DNA from: Candidatus Krumholzibacteriia bacterium
Lineage (GTDB): Bacteria > Krumholzibacteriota > Krumholzibacteriia > LZORAL124-64-63
Assembly: GCA_050174015.1 (NCBI GenBank)
Contig: JBFXKG010000006.1
Span: 157,219-221,218 of the forward strand
Reading direction: 5' to 3'
DNA: 64,000 bases
The notes beneath the pieces were generated by a model. It searched no databases. It saw only the letters and a program-made list of their open reading frames with translations, and was not told the origin of the DNA. The position numbers and the translations under genes were made by a program. Below are positions 48,354 through 58,473 of this stretch, one piece after another. Within the stretch, counting starts at the first letter, position 1. Every line of letters begins with the position of its first letter.

Positions 48354-50812
48354 CCCCTCGGCGATCGGGACGAGACCCGGGCGTCCGCCTCGCCCCGCCG
48401 CCGGGTCCGGACCGCGGGACGAGGCTTCGTCTTGGCGGCCTTGCCGCCCGGCGCCTTGGCCTTCCTCGCGGGGCTGTCGAGGGCGACGGCCAGGACCTCG
48501 TCCATGGTCTCCACCAGGTGGACCGTCAGGTTCTTGCGGATGGTCGGCGCCAGTTCGAGGTAATCCTTCTCGTTGTCCTTGGGGATGATCAGATGGCGGG
48601 AACCGGTCCGCATGGCCGCCACGGCCTTTTCGGGCAGCCCGCCGATGGGCAGGACCTTGCCCCGGAGGGTCACCTCACCCGTCATCGCCACGTCGGGCCG
48701 CACCGGGATCTGCCGCAGCAGGGAAACGATGGCCGTGGCCATGGCGATGCCGGCGCTGGGTCCGTCCTTGGGGATGGCGCCTTCCGGCACGTGGATGTGG
48801 ATCTGGTTCTTCTTGAACCAGGCCTCGGACATTTCACGACACAGTCCCCGCGCGTAGCTCAGCGCCGTCTCGGCGGACTCCTTCATGACGTCGCGCAGGT
48901 TGCCGGTGATGGTGATCTTGCCGGTGCCGGGAACCTGGGCCACCTCGATCTCGAGGATCTCGCCGCCGGCCATGGTCCAGGCCAGGCCGACCACCACGCC
49001 GATCTCGGGCGCCCGGTCGACCACCCGGCGCCGGAACTTGGGAGTGCCCAGGTACTTCTGGACGGTGGGGCCGGTCACCGCAGCGGGAAACTTGCCGGAG
49101 GAGGCCTTGATCTTGGCCACCTTGCGGCAGATCCCGCCGATCTCGCGCTCCAGGCCGCGGACCCCGGCCTCCCGCGTGTAGCCGTCGATGATGGCCTGGA
49201 AGGCGGACCGTTTGAATCCGGCCCACCTCTTGACCCCGTTCCGTTCCATCTGCCGAGGCGCCAGGAAGTTCTCGGCGATGGCCAGCTTCTCGTGTTCGAG
49301 ATACCCCGGCAGGCGGATGATCTCCATCCGGTCCTCGAGGGCCGGGGGGATGGTGTGCAGGGAGTTGGCCGTGGTGATGAACATGACGTTGCTCAGGTCG
49401 AATTCGACTTCCAGGTAGTGGTCGCTGAAGGTGGAATTCTGTTCGGGGTCCAGGACCTCGAGCAGGGCGGACGCCGGGTCGCCCCGGAAATCCGCGCCCA
49501 TCTTGTCGATCTCGTCCAGCAGGAAGACGGGATTCCTGGTTCCGGCCTTGCGCAGGGATTCGATGATGCGGCCGGGCTTGCTGCCGATGTAGGTGCGCCG
49601 GTGGCCGCGGATCTCCGCCTCGTCGCGCACGCCGCCCAGACTGATGCGGACGAACTTCCGGCCCATGCTCTCGGCGATGCTCCGGCCGAGGCTGGTCTTG
49701 CCGACTCCCGGCGGCCCCACGAGGCAGAGGATGGTTCCCTGCATCGTCCTGGTCAGCTTGTAGACCGCCAGGAACTCCAGGATCCGCTCCTTGACCTTGT
49801 CCAGGCCGAAGTGGTCCTCGTCCAGCTTGGCCTTGACCTTCGCGGTGTCGATGCGGTCGCGGGACTTCTTCTTCCAGGGCAAGGCCAGCAGGGTGTCCAG
49901 ATAGTTGCGGACGACCGTGGCCTCGGGGCTCATCGGGGACATGCGGTCCAGACGGCTCAGCTCCCGCCGGCAGATCTCGGCGGCCTCGGCCGACATGTCG
50001 CTCCCGTCGATGCGCTGGGCGTAGTCCTCGAGCTCGCTGTCCTCGTCGATGGTGTAGCCGAGTTCCTTGCGGATGGCGCGCAGCTGCTCGTTGAGGTAGA
50101 ACTCGCGCTGGTTCCGGTGGACCTGGGTCTGGACCTCGGTGTCGATCCTCTGCTCGATCTCGAGGATGTCGAGTTCGCTGGCCAGGACCTGGTTGATGCG
50201 GGTCAGGCGCTTCTGGAGGTTGGGCTCCTCCAGCAGCTCCTGCTTCAGCGGCACCTTGCCCAGGATGTACGCGCTGATCGAATCGGCCATCTTGCCGATC
50301 TCGTCGAGGTTCAGGACGGAGAGCAGCACCTCGTCGGGCAGGCGCTTGTTCAGCCGCACGTACTCCTTGAACCGCTCCTTGATGGACCGGCTGAGTGCCT
50401 CGATCTCCACTCCCCCCGCAAGGACCTCCTTGATGGGGGTCACGTCGGCTTCGAGGAAGGCCGGACCGGAGAACACCTCGTCAAGCCGCACCCGGGCCAC
50501 GCCCTCCACCAGGATCTTGAGGGTCTCGTCGGGCGTGCGGATGATCTGCAGGACCTTGATGATCGACCCCACGGGATGGATGTCGCCCGGCCCGGGATCC
50601 TCGGTCTCGGGCTCCCTCTGGGCCACCACGCAGAGGTACTTGTCCCGGTCCATGGCCGCCTCGACGGCGGCGACGGACCGCTCCCGGCCCACCAGCAGCG
50701 GCGTGACCATGTAGGGGAAGACCACGACGTCCCGCAAGGGCAGCAGGGGCAGGTTCCGGGGCAGGGCGATCTCCTCGCCGTCCCGGTAGACAACGAATTC
50801 GTTCGGGCTCAT
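48350..50812 (-). CDS. lon: ATP-dependent protease La
   Basis: LON N-domain, GPPGVGKTS, PKDGPSAG, PIGGLPEK. Confidence 0.97.
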   Translation of the reverse strand: MSPNEFVVYRDGEEIALPRNLPLLPLRDVVVFPYMVTPLLVGRERSVAAVEAAMDRDKYLCVVAQREPETEDPGPGDIHPVGSIIKVLQIIRTPDETLKILVEGVARVRLDEVFSGPAFLEADVTPIKEVLAGGVEIEALSRSIKERFKEYVRLNKRLPDEVLLSVLNLDEIGKMADSISAYILGKVPLKQELLEEPNLQKRLTRINQVLASELDILEIEQRIDTEVQTQVHRNQREFYLNEQLRAIRKELGYTIDEDSELEDYAQRIDGSDMSAEAAEICRRELSRLDRMSPMSPEATVVRNYLDTLLALPWKKKSRDRIDTAKVKAKLDEDHFGLDKVKERILEFLAVYKLTRTMQGTILCLVGPPGVGKTSLGRSIAESMGRKFVRISLGGVRDEAEIRGHRRTYIGSKPGRIIESLRKAGTRNPVFLLDEIDKMGADFRGDPASALLEVLDPEQNSTFSDHYLEVEFDLSNVMFITTANSLHTIPPALEDRMEIIRLPGYLEHEKLAIAENFLAPRQMERNGVKRWAGFKRSAFQAIIDGYTREAGVRGLEREIGGICRKVAKIKASSGKFPAAVTGPTVQKYLGTPKFRRRVVDRAPEIGVVVGLAWTMAGGEILEIEVAQVPGTGKITITGNLRDVMKESAETALSYARGLCREMSEAWFKKNQIHIHVPEGAIPKDGPSAGIAMATAIVSLLRQIPVRPDVAMTGEVTLRGKVLPIGGLPEKAVAAMRTGSRHLIIPKDNEKDYLELAPTIRKNLTVHLVETMDEVLAVALDSPARKAKAPGGKAAKTKPRPAVRTRRRGEADARVSSRSPRG

Positions 50813-50897
50813 GACTCTCCTCGGCCCTCAAGCGAAGGCGCACGCCGGCCCTTCCATCAGGCGGGTGTGGATACGATTGACGGGATGCAGGCGGTGA

Positions 50898-52160
50898 TCA
50901 GGCTTCCTTGACGTCCGCGGGGGGATCCCCGAGCACCAGCTTGGGATCCGCCTTGTCCATGACGACGTCCCGCGTGATGATAACCTGCCGCACATCCTCC
51001 TGGGAAGGAATCTCGAACATGGTGTTGCGCATGACCCCTTCGAGGATGGAGCGCAGGCCGCGGGCGCCGGTCTTGCGCTGGATGGCCTGGTCGGCGACGG
51101 CCTCGATGGCGGCGCGGTCGAACACCAGCTCCACGTCCTCCATGTCCAGCAGCTTCTGGTATTGCTTGATGAGGGCGTTGCGCGGTTCGGTCAGGATGCG
51201 GATCATGTCGTCGCGGTCAAGCTCGTGCATGTAGGTGACGACCGGCAGCCGGCCGATCAGTTCGGGGATGAGGCCGAACTTCATGAGGTCCTGGGGCTCG
51301 ACCAGCCCGAGGAACTCCTCGCGCTCGGCGCTGATGGTGTACTCCTCCTCGCGGGCGAAACCCAGGACGTTCTTGCCCACCCGTCGCTCGACGATCTTTT
51401 CCAGCCCCTGGAAAGCGCCGCCGCAGACGAACAGGATGTTCTTGGTGTTGACCTCGAGATACTTCTGCTGGGGATGCTTGCGACCGCCCTGGGGCGGCAC
51501 GTTGGCCACCGTCCCCTCGAGGATCTTCAGCAGGGCCTGCTGCACGCCCTCGCCGGAAACGTCCCGGGTGATGGAAGGGTTGCCGCTCTTGCGCCCGATC
51601 TTGTCGATCTCGTCGACGTAGACGATCCCCTGCTCGGCCAGGGCGATGTTGTAGTCCGCCGCCTGCAGCAGGCGCACCAGGATGTTCTCCACGTCCTCCC
51701 CGACGTAGCCGGCTTCGGTCAGGGCGGTGGCGTCGGCGATGGCGAAGGGGACGTTGAGGAACCGGGCCAGGGTCTGCGCGAGCAGGGTCTTGCCGGTTCC
51801 GGTGTTGCCGAGCAGCAGGATGTTGCTCTTGTCGATCTCCACCCCGTCGCTGGTCTTCTTCTGGTGGATGCGCTTGTAGTGGTTGTAGACCGCCACGGCC
51901 AGGCTGATCTTGGCCTCCTCCTGGCCGATGACGTACAGGTCCAGGTACTCGCGGATCTCGTGGGGCTTGGGGAACTTCGGCGGCGCCAGGGCGGCCTCTT
52001 CCAGCATCTCCCCCTCGAGGATGTCGTTGCAGAGCTTGATGCATTCGCTGCAGATGTAGACGCTGGAGGGGCCGGCGACAAGCTTCGCCACCTCGTCCTG
52101 CCCCCGCGCGCAGAACGAGCACTTGATCATCTGGGGACTGCCGTTCTGGCGTCTTTTCAT
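50898..52160 (-). CDS. clpX: ATP-dependent Clp protease ATP-binding subunit
   Basis: CSFC...CSEC zinc finger, [22 protein letters not shown]. Confidence 0.97.
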   Translation of the reverse strand: MKRRQNGSPQMIKCSFCARGQDEVAKLVAGPSSVYICSECIKLCNDILEGEMLEEAALAPPKFPKPHEIREYLDLYVIGQEEAKISLAVAVYNHYKRIHQKKTSDGVEIDKSNILLLGNTGTGKTLLAQTLARFLNVPFAIADATALTEAGYVGEDVENILVRLLQAADYNIALAEQGIVYVDEIDKIGRKSGNPSITRDVSGEGVQQALLKILEGTVANVPPQGGRKHPQQKYLEVNTKNILFVCGGAFQGLEKIVERRVGKNVLGFAREEEYTISAEREEFLGLVEPQDLMKFGLIPELIGRLPVVTYMHELDRDDMIRILTEPRNALIKQYQKLLDMEDVELVFDRAAIEAVADQAIQRKTGARGLRSILEGVMRNTMFEIPSQEDVRQVIITRDVVMDKADPKLVLGDPPADVKEA

Positions 52161-52804
52161 CGGTCCGGTTCAACCCTTCCGCCCGGTCCCTTCCGGGGCT
52201 GCTTTTCCTTGCCGGTGTCGATCTCGCTCCGGCTTTCGATCACCTTGTCGACCAGACCGTAGGCCTGGGCGTCCTCGGCCGACATGAAGAAGTCGCGATC
52301 GCTGTCGGTGGCGATCTTCTCCGGGGTCTGGCCGGTGTGCTTGGCCAGGATGCCGTAGAGCTTGTCCCGGATGTTCAGGATCTCCCGGGTGTAGATCTCC
52401 AGCATGCTGGCCTGGCCCTGGCTTCCGCCCAGGGGCTGATGGATCATGACCCGCGAATTCTTCAGGGCGGAGCGCTTGCCCTTGGCCCCGGCGGCCAGCA
52501 GGACGGCCCCCATGCTGGCGGCCTGGCCCATGCAGATCGTAACCACATCATTTGTAATGTATTGCATCGTATCGTAGATGGCAAGACCTGCGGTCACGCT
52601 GCCGCCGGGACTGTTGATGTACAGGTAGATGTCCCGCTCGGGGTCTTCAGCCTGCAGGAACAGCATCTGGGCGATGACCAGATTGGCCACGTTGTCGTCC
52701 ACGGGGGACCCCAGGAAGACGATCCGGTCCTTCAACAGGCGGGAATAGATGTCGTACGCCCGTTCTCCGTGACTGGTCTGATCGACGACTACCGGTACCA
52801 GCAT
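52157..52804 (-). CDS. clpP: ATP-dependent Clp protease proteolytic subunit
   Basis: [27 protein letters not shown]. Confidence 0.97.
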   Translation of the reverse strand: MLVPVVVDQTSHGERAYDIYSRLLKDRIVFLGSPVDDNVANLVIAQMLFLQAEDPERDIYLYINSPGGSVTAGLAIYDTMQYITNDVVTICMGQAASMGAVLLAAGAKGKRSALKNSRVMIHQPLGGSQGQASMLEIYTREILNIRDKLYGILAKHTGQTPEKIATDSDRDFFMSAEDAQAYGLVDKVIESRSEIDTGKEKQPRKGPGGRVEPDR

Positions 52805-52813
52805 TGCAACTCC

Positions 52814-54145
52814 TTAATCGAAAAGCACTTCCGTGTCAGCAGGAACGTCGGTGATGTCCGCCCGGGACAGCAGGAAGTCCAGGGTCCGGCGTTCGAGCAG
52901 GTTGTACCTGATCCGATCCTTCTCGTCCCCACTGTTGACGAATTCCCGGTAGCGGTCAACATCGAAACCGTTCTCCTCGGCGACCTCCGTGATCCTTTCT
53001 TCGACATCCTCGTCCGTGACCTTGATGCCTTCCTGGTCCCGCACCGCCTCCAGCAGCAGCATGGCCTTCAGATCCCGCTCGGCCCTCGTCCTCCCGGCCT
53101 CCAGGTACTCCCGGTCCTCTTCTGGGGAACCAGGACGACCGGTCCGGGCGTTGCGCCGATGCAGTTCCTCCAGCCCGGACTGCAGGTATCGTTCCACCAT
53201 GCTCGGCGGCAGGGGAACATCGTTGCGGCGGATCAGTTCCATCTGGACCTGATGGTCGAGCTCCAGACCCACCCTCCGCTCGGCTTCCTTCTCGAGGTCG
53301 CCGCGGATGGCGGCGCGAAGTTCGTCCAGGGTCTTGCCCTCCTCGACCTCCCCGGCGAAGGCGTCGTCCAGAGCGGGCAGGACCTTCTCCGCGACCTCCT
53401 TGATCCGGCAGCCGAAGACCACCGAGCGCCCCTTGAGGGATTCGTTGGGGTAGTCCGCGGGATACTCGACCGTGATGTCCTTCTCCTCCCCCGCCGCGCA
53501 CCCCCGGAGGCTGTCGTTGAAGGCCCCCAGGTTGTTCTCCGCGCCCAGGACGAAGGTCTGGTCCGCAATGGTGCGGGGCTGATCGCCGTCCAGGCCCTCC
53601 CGGGGGGTCAGGTCCAGGGTGATGCGGTCCCCCTCCGCGGCAGGCCGATCGACCCCGGTGAAGGTCGACCGGCTTTCCCGCAGCCTGTCCAGGACCTCGT
53701 CGACCTCGCTTTCGGGAACGCCCGCATCCCGCCGCTTGACGGGGATGGCGTCCAGGCCGACGGCCGTGATCTCGGGCCGCACCTCGACCACCAGGTCGAA
53801 GGTCAGGGGCTTGCCGTCCTCGAAGGAGAGGTTCTCCAGGGCGGGATCGGTCAGGGCAGGGATCTTGTGCTCCAGCAGGGCGGCCATCCAGGCCCTGGGC
53901 ACCAAGGCTTCGATGGCCTCCACCCTCAGCAGGTCCCCGACCTCCTTCTCGACCAGGGCCCGGGGCGTGCGCCCCTTGCGGAAACCCGGTTTCTGATGCG
54001 ACTTGACGGCCTTCTGCAGCAGCTTGGCGTAGGCCTGGTCGAAGGCGGACCGCTGCACCTCGGCCTTGATGACCCGCTTCCAGGGCTCGGGCGATTCGAC
54101 GGTGGTGGCGATCCCCTCGGGGGTCGGGCGGGCGGACTCGGTCAT
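52814..54145 (-). CDS. tig: Trigger factor
   Basis: PGFRKGRTP, FKBP-like domain, position in tig-clpP-clpX-lon. Confidence 0.93.
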   Translation of the reverse strand: MTESARPTPEGIATTVESPEPWKRVIKAEVQRSAFDQAYAKLLQKAVKSHQKPGFRKGRTPRALVEKEVGDLLRVEAIEALVPRAWMAALLEHKIPALTDPALENLSFEDGKPLTFDLVVEVRPEITAVGLDAIPVKRRDAGVPESEVDEVLDRLRESRSTFTGVDRPAAEGDRITLDLTPREGLDGDQPRTIADQTFVLGAENNLGAFNDSLRGCAAGEEKDITVEYPADYPNESLKGRSVVFGCRIKEVAEKVLPALDDAFAGEVEEGKTLDELRAAIRGDLEKEAERRVGLELDHQVQMELIRRNDVPLPPSMVERYLQSGLEELHRRNARTGRPGSPEEDREYLEAGRTRAERDLKAMLLLEAVRDQEGIKVTDEDVEERITEVAEENGFDVDRYREFVNSGDEKDRIRYNLLERRTLDFLLSRADITDVPADTEVLFD

Positions 54146-54211
54146 GTCGGCATCTTCCTCTGCTGGTTCGGGCGGCGGAGCCAGAGGCCGCGGCCTCGGG
54201 AAAGGGTCGTC

Positions 54212-54296
<85 letters not shown>

Positions 54297-54333
54297 CGGA
54301 TGCCCGGCCCCAGGGTCCGGGAATCGAGGCGCC

Positions 54334-54363
54334 AATATAGCCGCGCCCCTGCGGCAGGGTCAA
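54334..54363 (-). promoter_or_regulatory. Putative sigma70 promoter of tRNA-Leu-tig-clpP-clpX
   Basis: TTGACC-N18-TATATT. Confidence 0.55.
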
Positions 54364-54398
54364 GGCGGCCGGCGGCGGGAAGGTTCCGCGGAGGCCGG

Positions 54399-55793
54399 TC
54401 ACTGGAGCTTGCGGTAGATGGTCCGGGAGGCGATGCCCAGGATGTTGGCCGCGGTCTCCTTGTCCCCGCCGACGCTTTCCAGGGTGGCCTGGATCAGTTC
54501 CATCTCGGCGTCCCGCAGGGTCGTGCCCACGGCGATGTTCAGGGTCTGGTAGCGCTTGGGGCCGGACACCACCGGACGGGGCAGGGATTCCACGCCGATC
54601 AGCTCGCCCTTGCTGAGCACGACCGCCCTCTCCACGGCGTTCTCCAGTTCCCTGACGTTGCCCGGCCACGAGTACCCTGAAAGGGCCTCGCTGGCCGCGG
54701 GCGAAAACCCGGCGATCTGCTTGCGGTTCTTCTCGTTGTACTTCTGCAGGAAAAAGCTGGCGAGCAGGGTGACGTCCTCTCCCCGGCTGCGCAGGTTGGG
54801 CAGTTCGATGTTGATGACGTTCAAACGGTAGTAGAGATCCTCGCGGAAGGTCCCCGCGGCGACCATGTCCTCCAGGTTGGAGTTGGTGGCCGCGATGATG
54901 CGGACGTCGGTGGTGATGGGCGCGTTGCCCCCCAGCCGTTCGATCACGCTTTCCTGGAGGACCCGCAGGAGCTTGACCTGGGTCGTCAGGGACATCTCCC
55001 CGACTTCGTCCAGGAACAGGGTCCCGTGATTGGCGGCCTCGAACCGGCCGAGCCGCTGGTTGACCGCGCCGGTGAAGGCCCCCTTCTCGTAGCCGAACAG
55101 TTCGGCCTCGAGCAGGGTCTCGGGCAAGGCCGCGCAGCTGACCCGGATCATGGGGCGATCGGCCCGGTCGCTCCAGCGGTGGATGGCGGTGGCGAAGACC
55201 TCCTTGCCCGTCCCGCTCTCGCCGGTCAGCAGGATGGTGGCGCTGCTGGGAGCGACCTGCCTGGCCGTGTCCATGGCCTGCCGCATGGGCTCGCTGCTGC
55301 CGATGATGTCGTGCATCTGCTGGAATTCCTCGAGGCGCTGCTTGAGCTGGCGGTTCTCGGCCACCAGCCTCTGCTTCTCGAGGGCCTTGCTGACGACCTT
55401 GAGGGTGGTGGTCGTGCTGAAGGGCTTCTCGATGAAATCGTAGGCGCCGCTGCGCATGGCGTCGACGGCCGTCTCGATGGTGCCGTGCCCGGTGATGATG
55501 ACGAACTCGGTCTCGGGCGAAACGACCTGGCCGGCCTTGAGCAGGTCGAGGCCGCCCATCCGGGGCATCTGCAGGTCGGTCAGGACCAGATCCACCGCCT
55601 CCTGGCGCAGCAGGAGCAGCCCCTCCTCCCCGTTGCCCGCGCTCAGGACCCGGTAGCCGTTGCGGGTGAGCAGCTTGCTCAGGGCCCGGCACAGCTCGGG
55701 CTCGTCGTCCACGACCAGGACGGTTCCCAGGGATTCGGAATCGACGGCGCCGCCCCGGGGACCGGTCGGCTGGGATGGGATCGCGTGCTGCAT
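54399..55793 (-). CDS. Sigma54-dependent response regulator (AtoC/ZraR-like)
   Basis: [40 protein letters not shown]. Confidence 0.93.
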   Translation of the reverse strand: MQHAIPSQPTGPRGGAVDSESLGTVLVVDDEPELCRALSKLLTRNGYRVLSAGNGEEGLLLLRQEAVDLVLTDLQMPRMGGLDLLKAGQVVSPETEFVIITGHGTIETAVDAMRSGAYDFIEKPFSTTTTLKVVSKALEKQRLVAENRQLKQRLEEFQQMHDIIGSSEPMRQAMDTARQVAPSSATILLTGESGTGKEVFATAIHRWSDRADRPMIRVSCAALPETLLEAELFGYEKGAFTGAVNQRLGRFEAANHGTLFLDEVGEMSLTTQVKLLRVLQESVIERLGGNAPITTDVRIIAATNSNLEDMVAAGTFREDLYYRLNVINIELPNLRSRGEDVTLLASFFLQKYNEKNRKQIAGFSPAASEALSGYSWPGNVRELENAVERAVVLSKGELIGVESLPRPVVSGPKRYQTLNIAVGTTLRDAEMELIQATLESVGGDKETAANILGIASRTIYRKLQ

Positions 55794-55850
55794 GACGGCG
55801 CCTCGGGGTCGCGTTGCACCCGGTCAGGGCTCGAGGGGATGGACGGGCCC

Positions 55851-55883
55851 TGACATTCTGTCAACGGTTTGACGATCTGTCAA
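55851..55883 (-). promoter_or_regulatory. Sigma70 promoter overlapped by two palindromic operator-like sites
   Basis: TTGACA-N17-CAGAAT on the minus strand; palindromes TGACA-N3-TGTCA (55851-55863) and TTGAC-N5-GTCAA (55869-55883). Confidence 0.6.
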
Positions 55884-55899
55884 CAGCCCGGAGCCGTCT

Positions 55900-57228
55900 T
55901 CAGCCTCGGGGCATGCCCCCCGGGAACAGCCGCCCGAACAGGCCCCGGCGGTGGGCGGCATCCAGCAGGATCTCCCGGAAGTCCGGATGGGCGATGCTGA
56001 TCAGGGCCTCCGCCCTCTGCCGGACGTTCCGCCCCAGCATGTGGGCCACCCCGTACTCGGTCACCACGTGGTGGACGTCCGCCCGGGTCAGGACCACCCC
56101 TGCCCCGCCGTCCAGGTTGGGAACGATGCGGGACAGCCGGCCGTCGTCCGTGGTGGACGGCAGGGCGATGATGGGCATCCCCCCTTTGGACAGCGCGGCC
56201 CCCCTGATGAAGTCGGCCTGTCCGCCGAACCCGCTGTAGATCCGCTCCCCGATGGAGTCCGAGCAGACCTGGCCCGTCAGGTCGACCTGGATGGCGCTGT
56301 TGACCGCCACCATGTTGTCGTTGCGGGCGATGTTCCCCGGATGGTTCACGTAGTCGGTGGGGTGGAACTCGACCAGGGCGTTGTCGTGGGCGAAGTCGTA
56401 GACTTCGCGGGTCCCCATGATGAACCCGGCCACGACCTTGCCCGGATGGAAGTTCTTGCAGTCGCCGGTCACCACGCCCCGGTCCAGGAGCCGCGGCAGG
56501 GCCTCGGTGAACATCTCGGTGTGCACCCCGAGGTCGCGGTGGTCGTGAAGGAATTCCAGGACGGCGTTGGGAATGGCCCCCAGGCCCAGCTGCAGACAGG
56601 CCTCGTTCTCGATGAGCCCTGCGACATGCCGGCCGATGCGCCGTTCCACCTCGGTGGGGGGGTCGGGCCGGAACTCGTCCAGGTCCCGATCCACCTCGAC
56701 GAAGCAGTCGATCTTCGAGACGTGGATGAAGCTGTCCCCCAGGGTGCGGGGCATGCGGCGGTTCACCTCGGCGATGATCATCCGCGCGGCCTGGGCGGCG
56801 GGCTTGGTCACCCCGACCTCGATGCCGAAGCTGCAGAAGCCGTGCTCGTCGGGCGGGCTGACGATGACCATGGCGCAATCCAGGGGAATGACCCCGCGCC
56901 GGAACAGCCTGGGCATCTCGTGCAGGTGCACGGGGACGTAGTCGGCGTCGCCCCGGTTGACGGCCTCCCGGGTGTTCGCCCCCACGAAGCAGTCGTTGCA
57001 GCGGAAGTGGCCCTTCATCCCGGGCGAGATGTAGGGCGCGTCGCCCATGGTCAGGTGGTGGATGATCTCCACGTCGAAGAGTTCCTCGCCGCGGTCCACC
57101 AGGGCCCGGATCAGGTCGTGAGGGGCGGCGCACCCGCTGCCCAGGTAGATCTTGAACCCCGACTCGATACGCTGCACGGCCTCCGCGGCGGTGCAGAGCC
57201 GTTCGCGGTAAAGCTGCATCCAGGTCAT
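55900..57228 (-). CDS. Acetyl-CoA hydrolase/transferase (4-hydroxybutyrate CoA-transferase-like)
   Basis: LQLGLGAIP, HTEM, SGFGGQADF, VVTEYG, IAHPDFR. Confidence 0.92.
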   Translation of the reverse strand: MTWMQLYRERLCTAAEAVQRIESGFKIYLGSGCAAPHDLIRALVDRGEELFDVEIIHHLTMGDAPYISPGMKGHFRCNDCFVGANTREAVNRGDADYVPVHLHEMPRLFRRGVIPLDCAMVIVSPPDEHGFCSFGIEVGVTKPAAQAARMIIAEVNRRMPRTLGDSFIHVSKIDCFVEVDRDLDEFRPDPPTEVERRIGRHVAGLIENEACLQLGLGAIPNAVLEFLHDHRDLGVHTEMFTEALPRLLDRGVVTGDCKNFHPGKVVAGFIMGTREVYDFAHDNALVEFHPTDYVNHPGNIARNDNMVAVNSAIQVDLTGQVCSDSIGERIYSGFGGQADFIRGAALSKGGMPIIALPSTTDDGRLSRIVPNLDGGAGVVLTRADVHHVVTEYGVAHMLGRNVRQRAEALISIAHPDFREILLDAAHRRGLFGRLFPGGMPRG

Positions 57229-58355
57229 GAGGCCCCCCCGCCGAGAAGGTCCTCCACCGGGGTGAAGCCGCAGCCGCGGGCCGCAGCCAGGCCCGGATGG
57301 GTGACGCGCCCCTTCATGATGTTGACACCCCGCCGCAGGGTGGAATCGGCCGCCAGGGCCCCCTCGAGGGAATGCCGCACGATGGCCTCGATGTAGGGCA
57401 GCGTGGCGTTGGCCAGCGCGTAGGTGGCCGACCGGGCGACCAGGCTGGGCAGGTTGGGTACGCAGTAGTGGGTGATCCCGTCCACCGTGTAGGTGGGGTC
57501 GGACAGGCGGGTCGGCCGGCTGGTCTCGAAGCAGCCGCCCTGGTCAACCGAGATGTCGATGACCAGACTCTTCTCCCGCAGCAGGCCCACCATCTCCTTG
57601 GTGACCAGGTGCGGGGTCCGCGTGCCGGGGATGAGGACGGCGCCGACCACCACGTCGGCATAGGACAGGGCCTTGCGGAGGGTGGCCTCGTTGGCGGGAA
57701 AGGTCGTCACCCGGCCGGGGAAGGTCCAGTCGATCTCGCTGAGGCGGTCCAGGTCGCTGTCCAGCAGGGTGACCCGGGCGCCCGCGCCCAGGCAGGCCCT
57801 GACGGCGTTGCGCCCCACCGTGCCGGCGCCGATGACCACGACCTCTGCGGGAGGGACGCCCGGGGTCCCCCCCAGGAGGATCCCCAGGCCCCCGTGATCG
57901 GTCTGCAGGTAGCGGGCGGCGATCTGGGGAACCATGCGGCCGGCGATCTGGGACAGCGGCCGCAGCACCGGCAGGTTGCCGCCCGCGCCCTCGATGGTCG
58001 TGTAGTCCACCGCGGTGCAGTCCCGGTCGAGCAGGGTCCGGACCAGGTCCGTTTCCGCCACCGCCAGGTGCATGACGGACATGAGGATCTGTCCCTCGCG
58101 CAGCAGCTGGTATTCCGCGGGCACGGGCCGGTTCACCTTGAGGATCAGGTCGGCCCGGCCGTAGACCTCCTCCAGCTGATGTACGATGCGGGCGCCGGCC
58201 TGCTCGTAGCTCTCGTCGGCGAAGCCGCTGCCGTGGCCGGCGTGCTTCTCCACCACGACCTGGGCCCCGCAGGACACCAGGTTCGTCACCATCCGCGGGG
58301 GCAATCCGACCCGGAACTCGTCCTGGATCCGGGACCGGGGAATACCGATGATCAT
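57225..58355 (-). CDS. ald: Alanine dehydrogenase homolog (active-site variant)
   Basis: EFRVG, LRPLSQIAGR, GAGTVG, AVLIPG, DISVDQGG, YCVPN. Confidence 0.82.
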   Translation of the reverse strand: MIIGIPRSRIQDEFRVGLPPRMVTNLVSCGAQVVVEKHAGHGSGFADESYEQAGARIVHQLEEVYGRADLILKVNRPVPAEYQLLREGQILMSVMHLAVAETDLVRTLLDRDCTAVDYTTIEGAGGNLPVLRPLSQIAGRMVPQIAARYLQTDHGGLGILLGGTPGVPPAEVVVIGAGTVGRNAVRACLGAGARVTLLDSDLDRLSEIDWTFPGRVTTFPANEATLRKALSYADVVVGAVLIPGTRTPHLVTKEMVGLLREKSLVIDISVDQGGCFETSRPTRLSDPTYTVDGITHYCVPNLPSLVARSATYALANATLPYIEAIVRHSLEGALAADSTLRRGVNIMKGRVTHPGLAAARGCGFTPVEDLLGGGAS

Positions 58356-58473
58356 CGTTCGCACTCCCGTCCTGGCCCGCCTTCGCGAAAAGGCCGGCCC
58401 AGCTTGGACGCGGGCCGGCCTCAGGGTCAGGCAAGGCCGCCGCGAGGTCAGGCCCACCACCTGGCGCTTCGGG

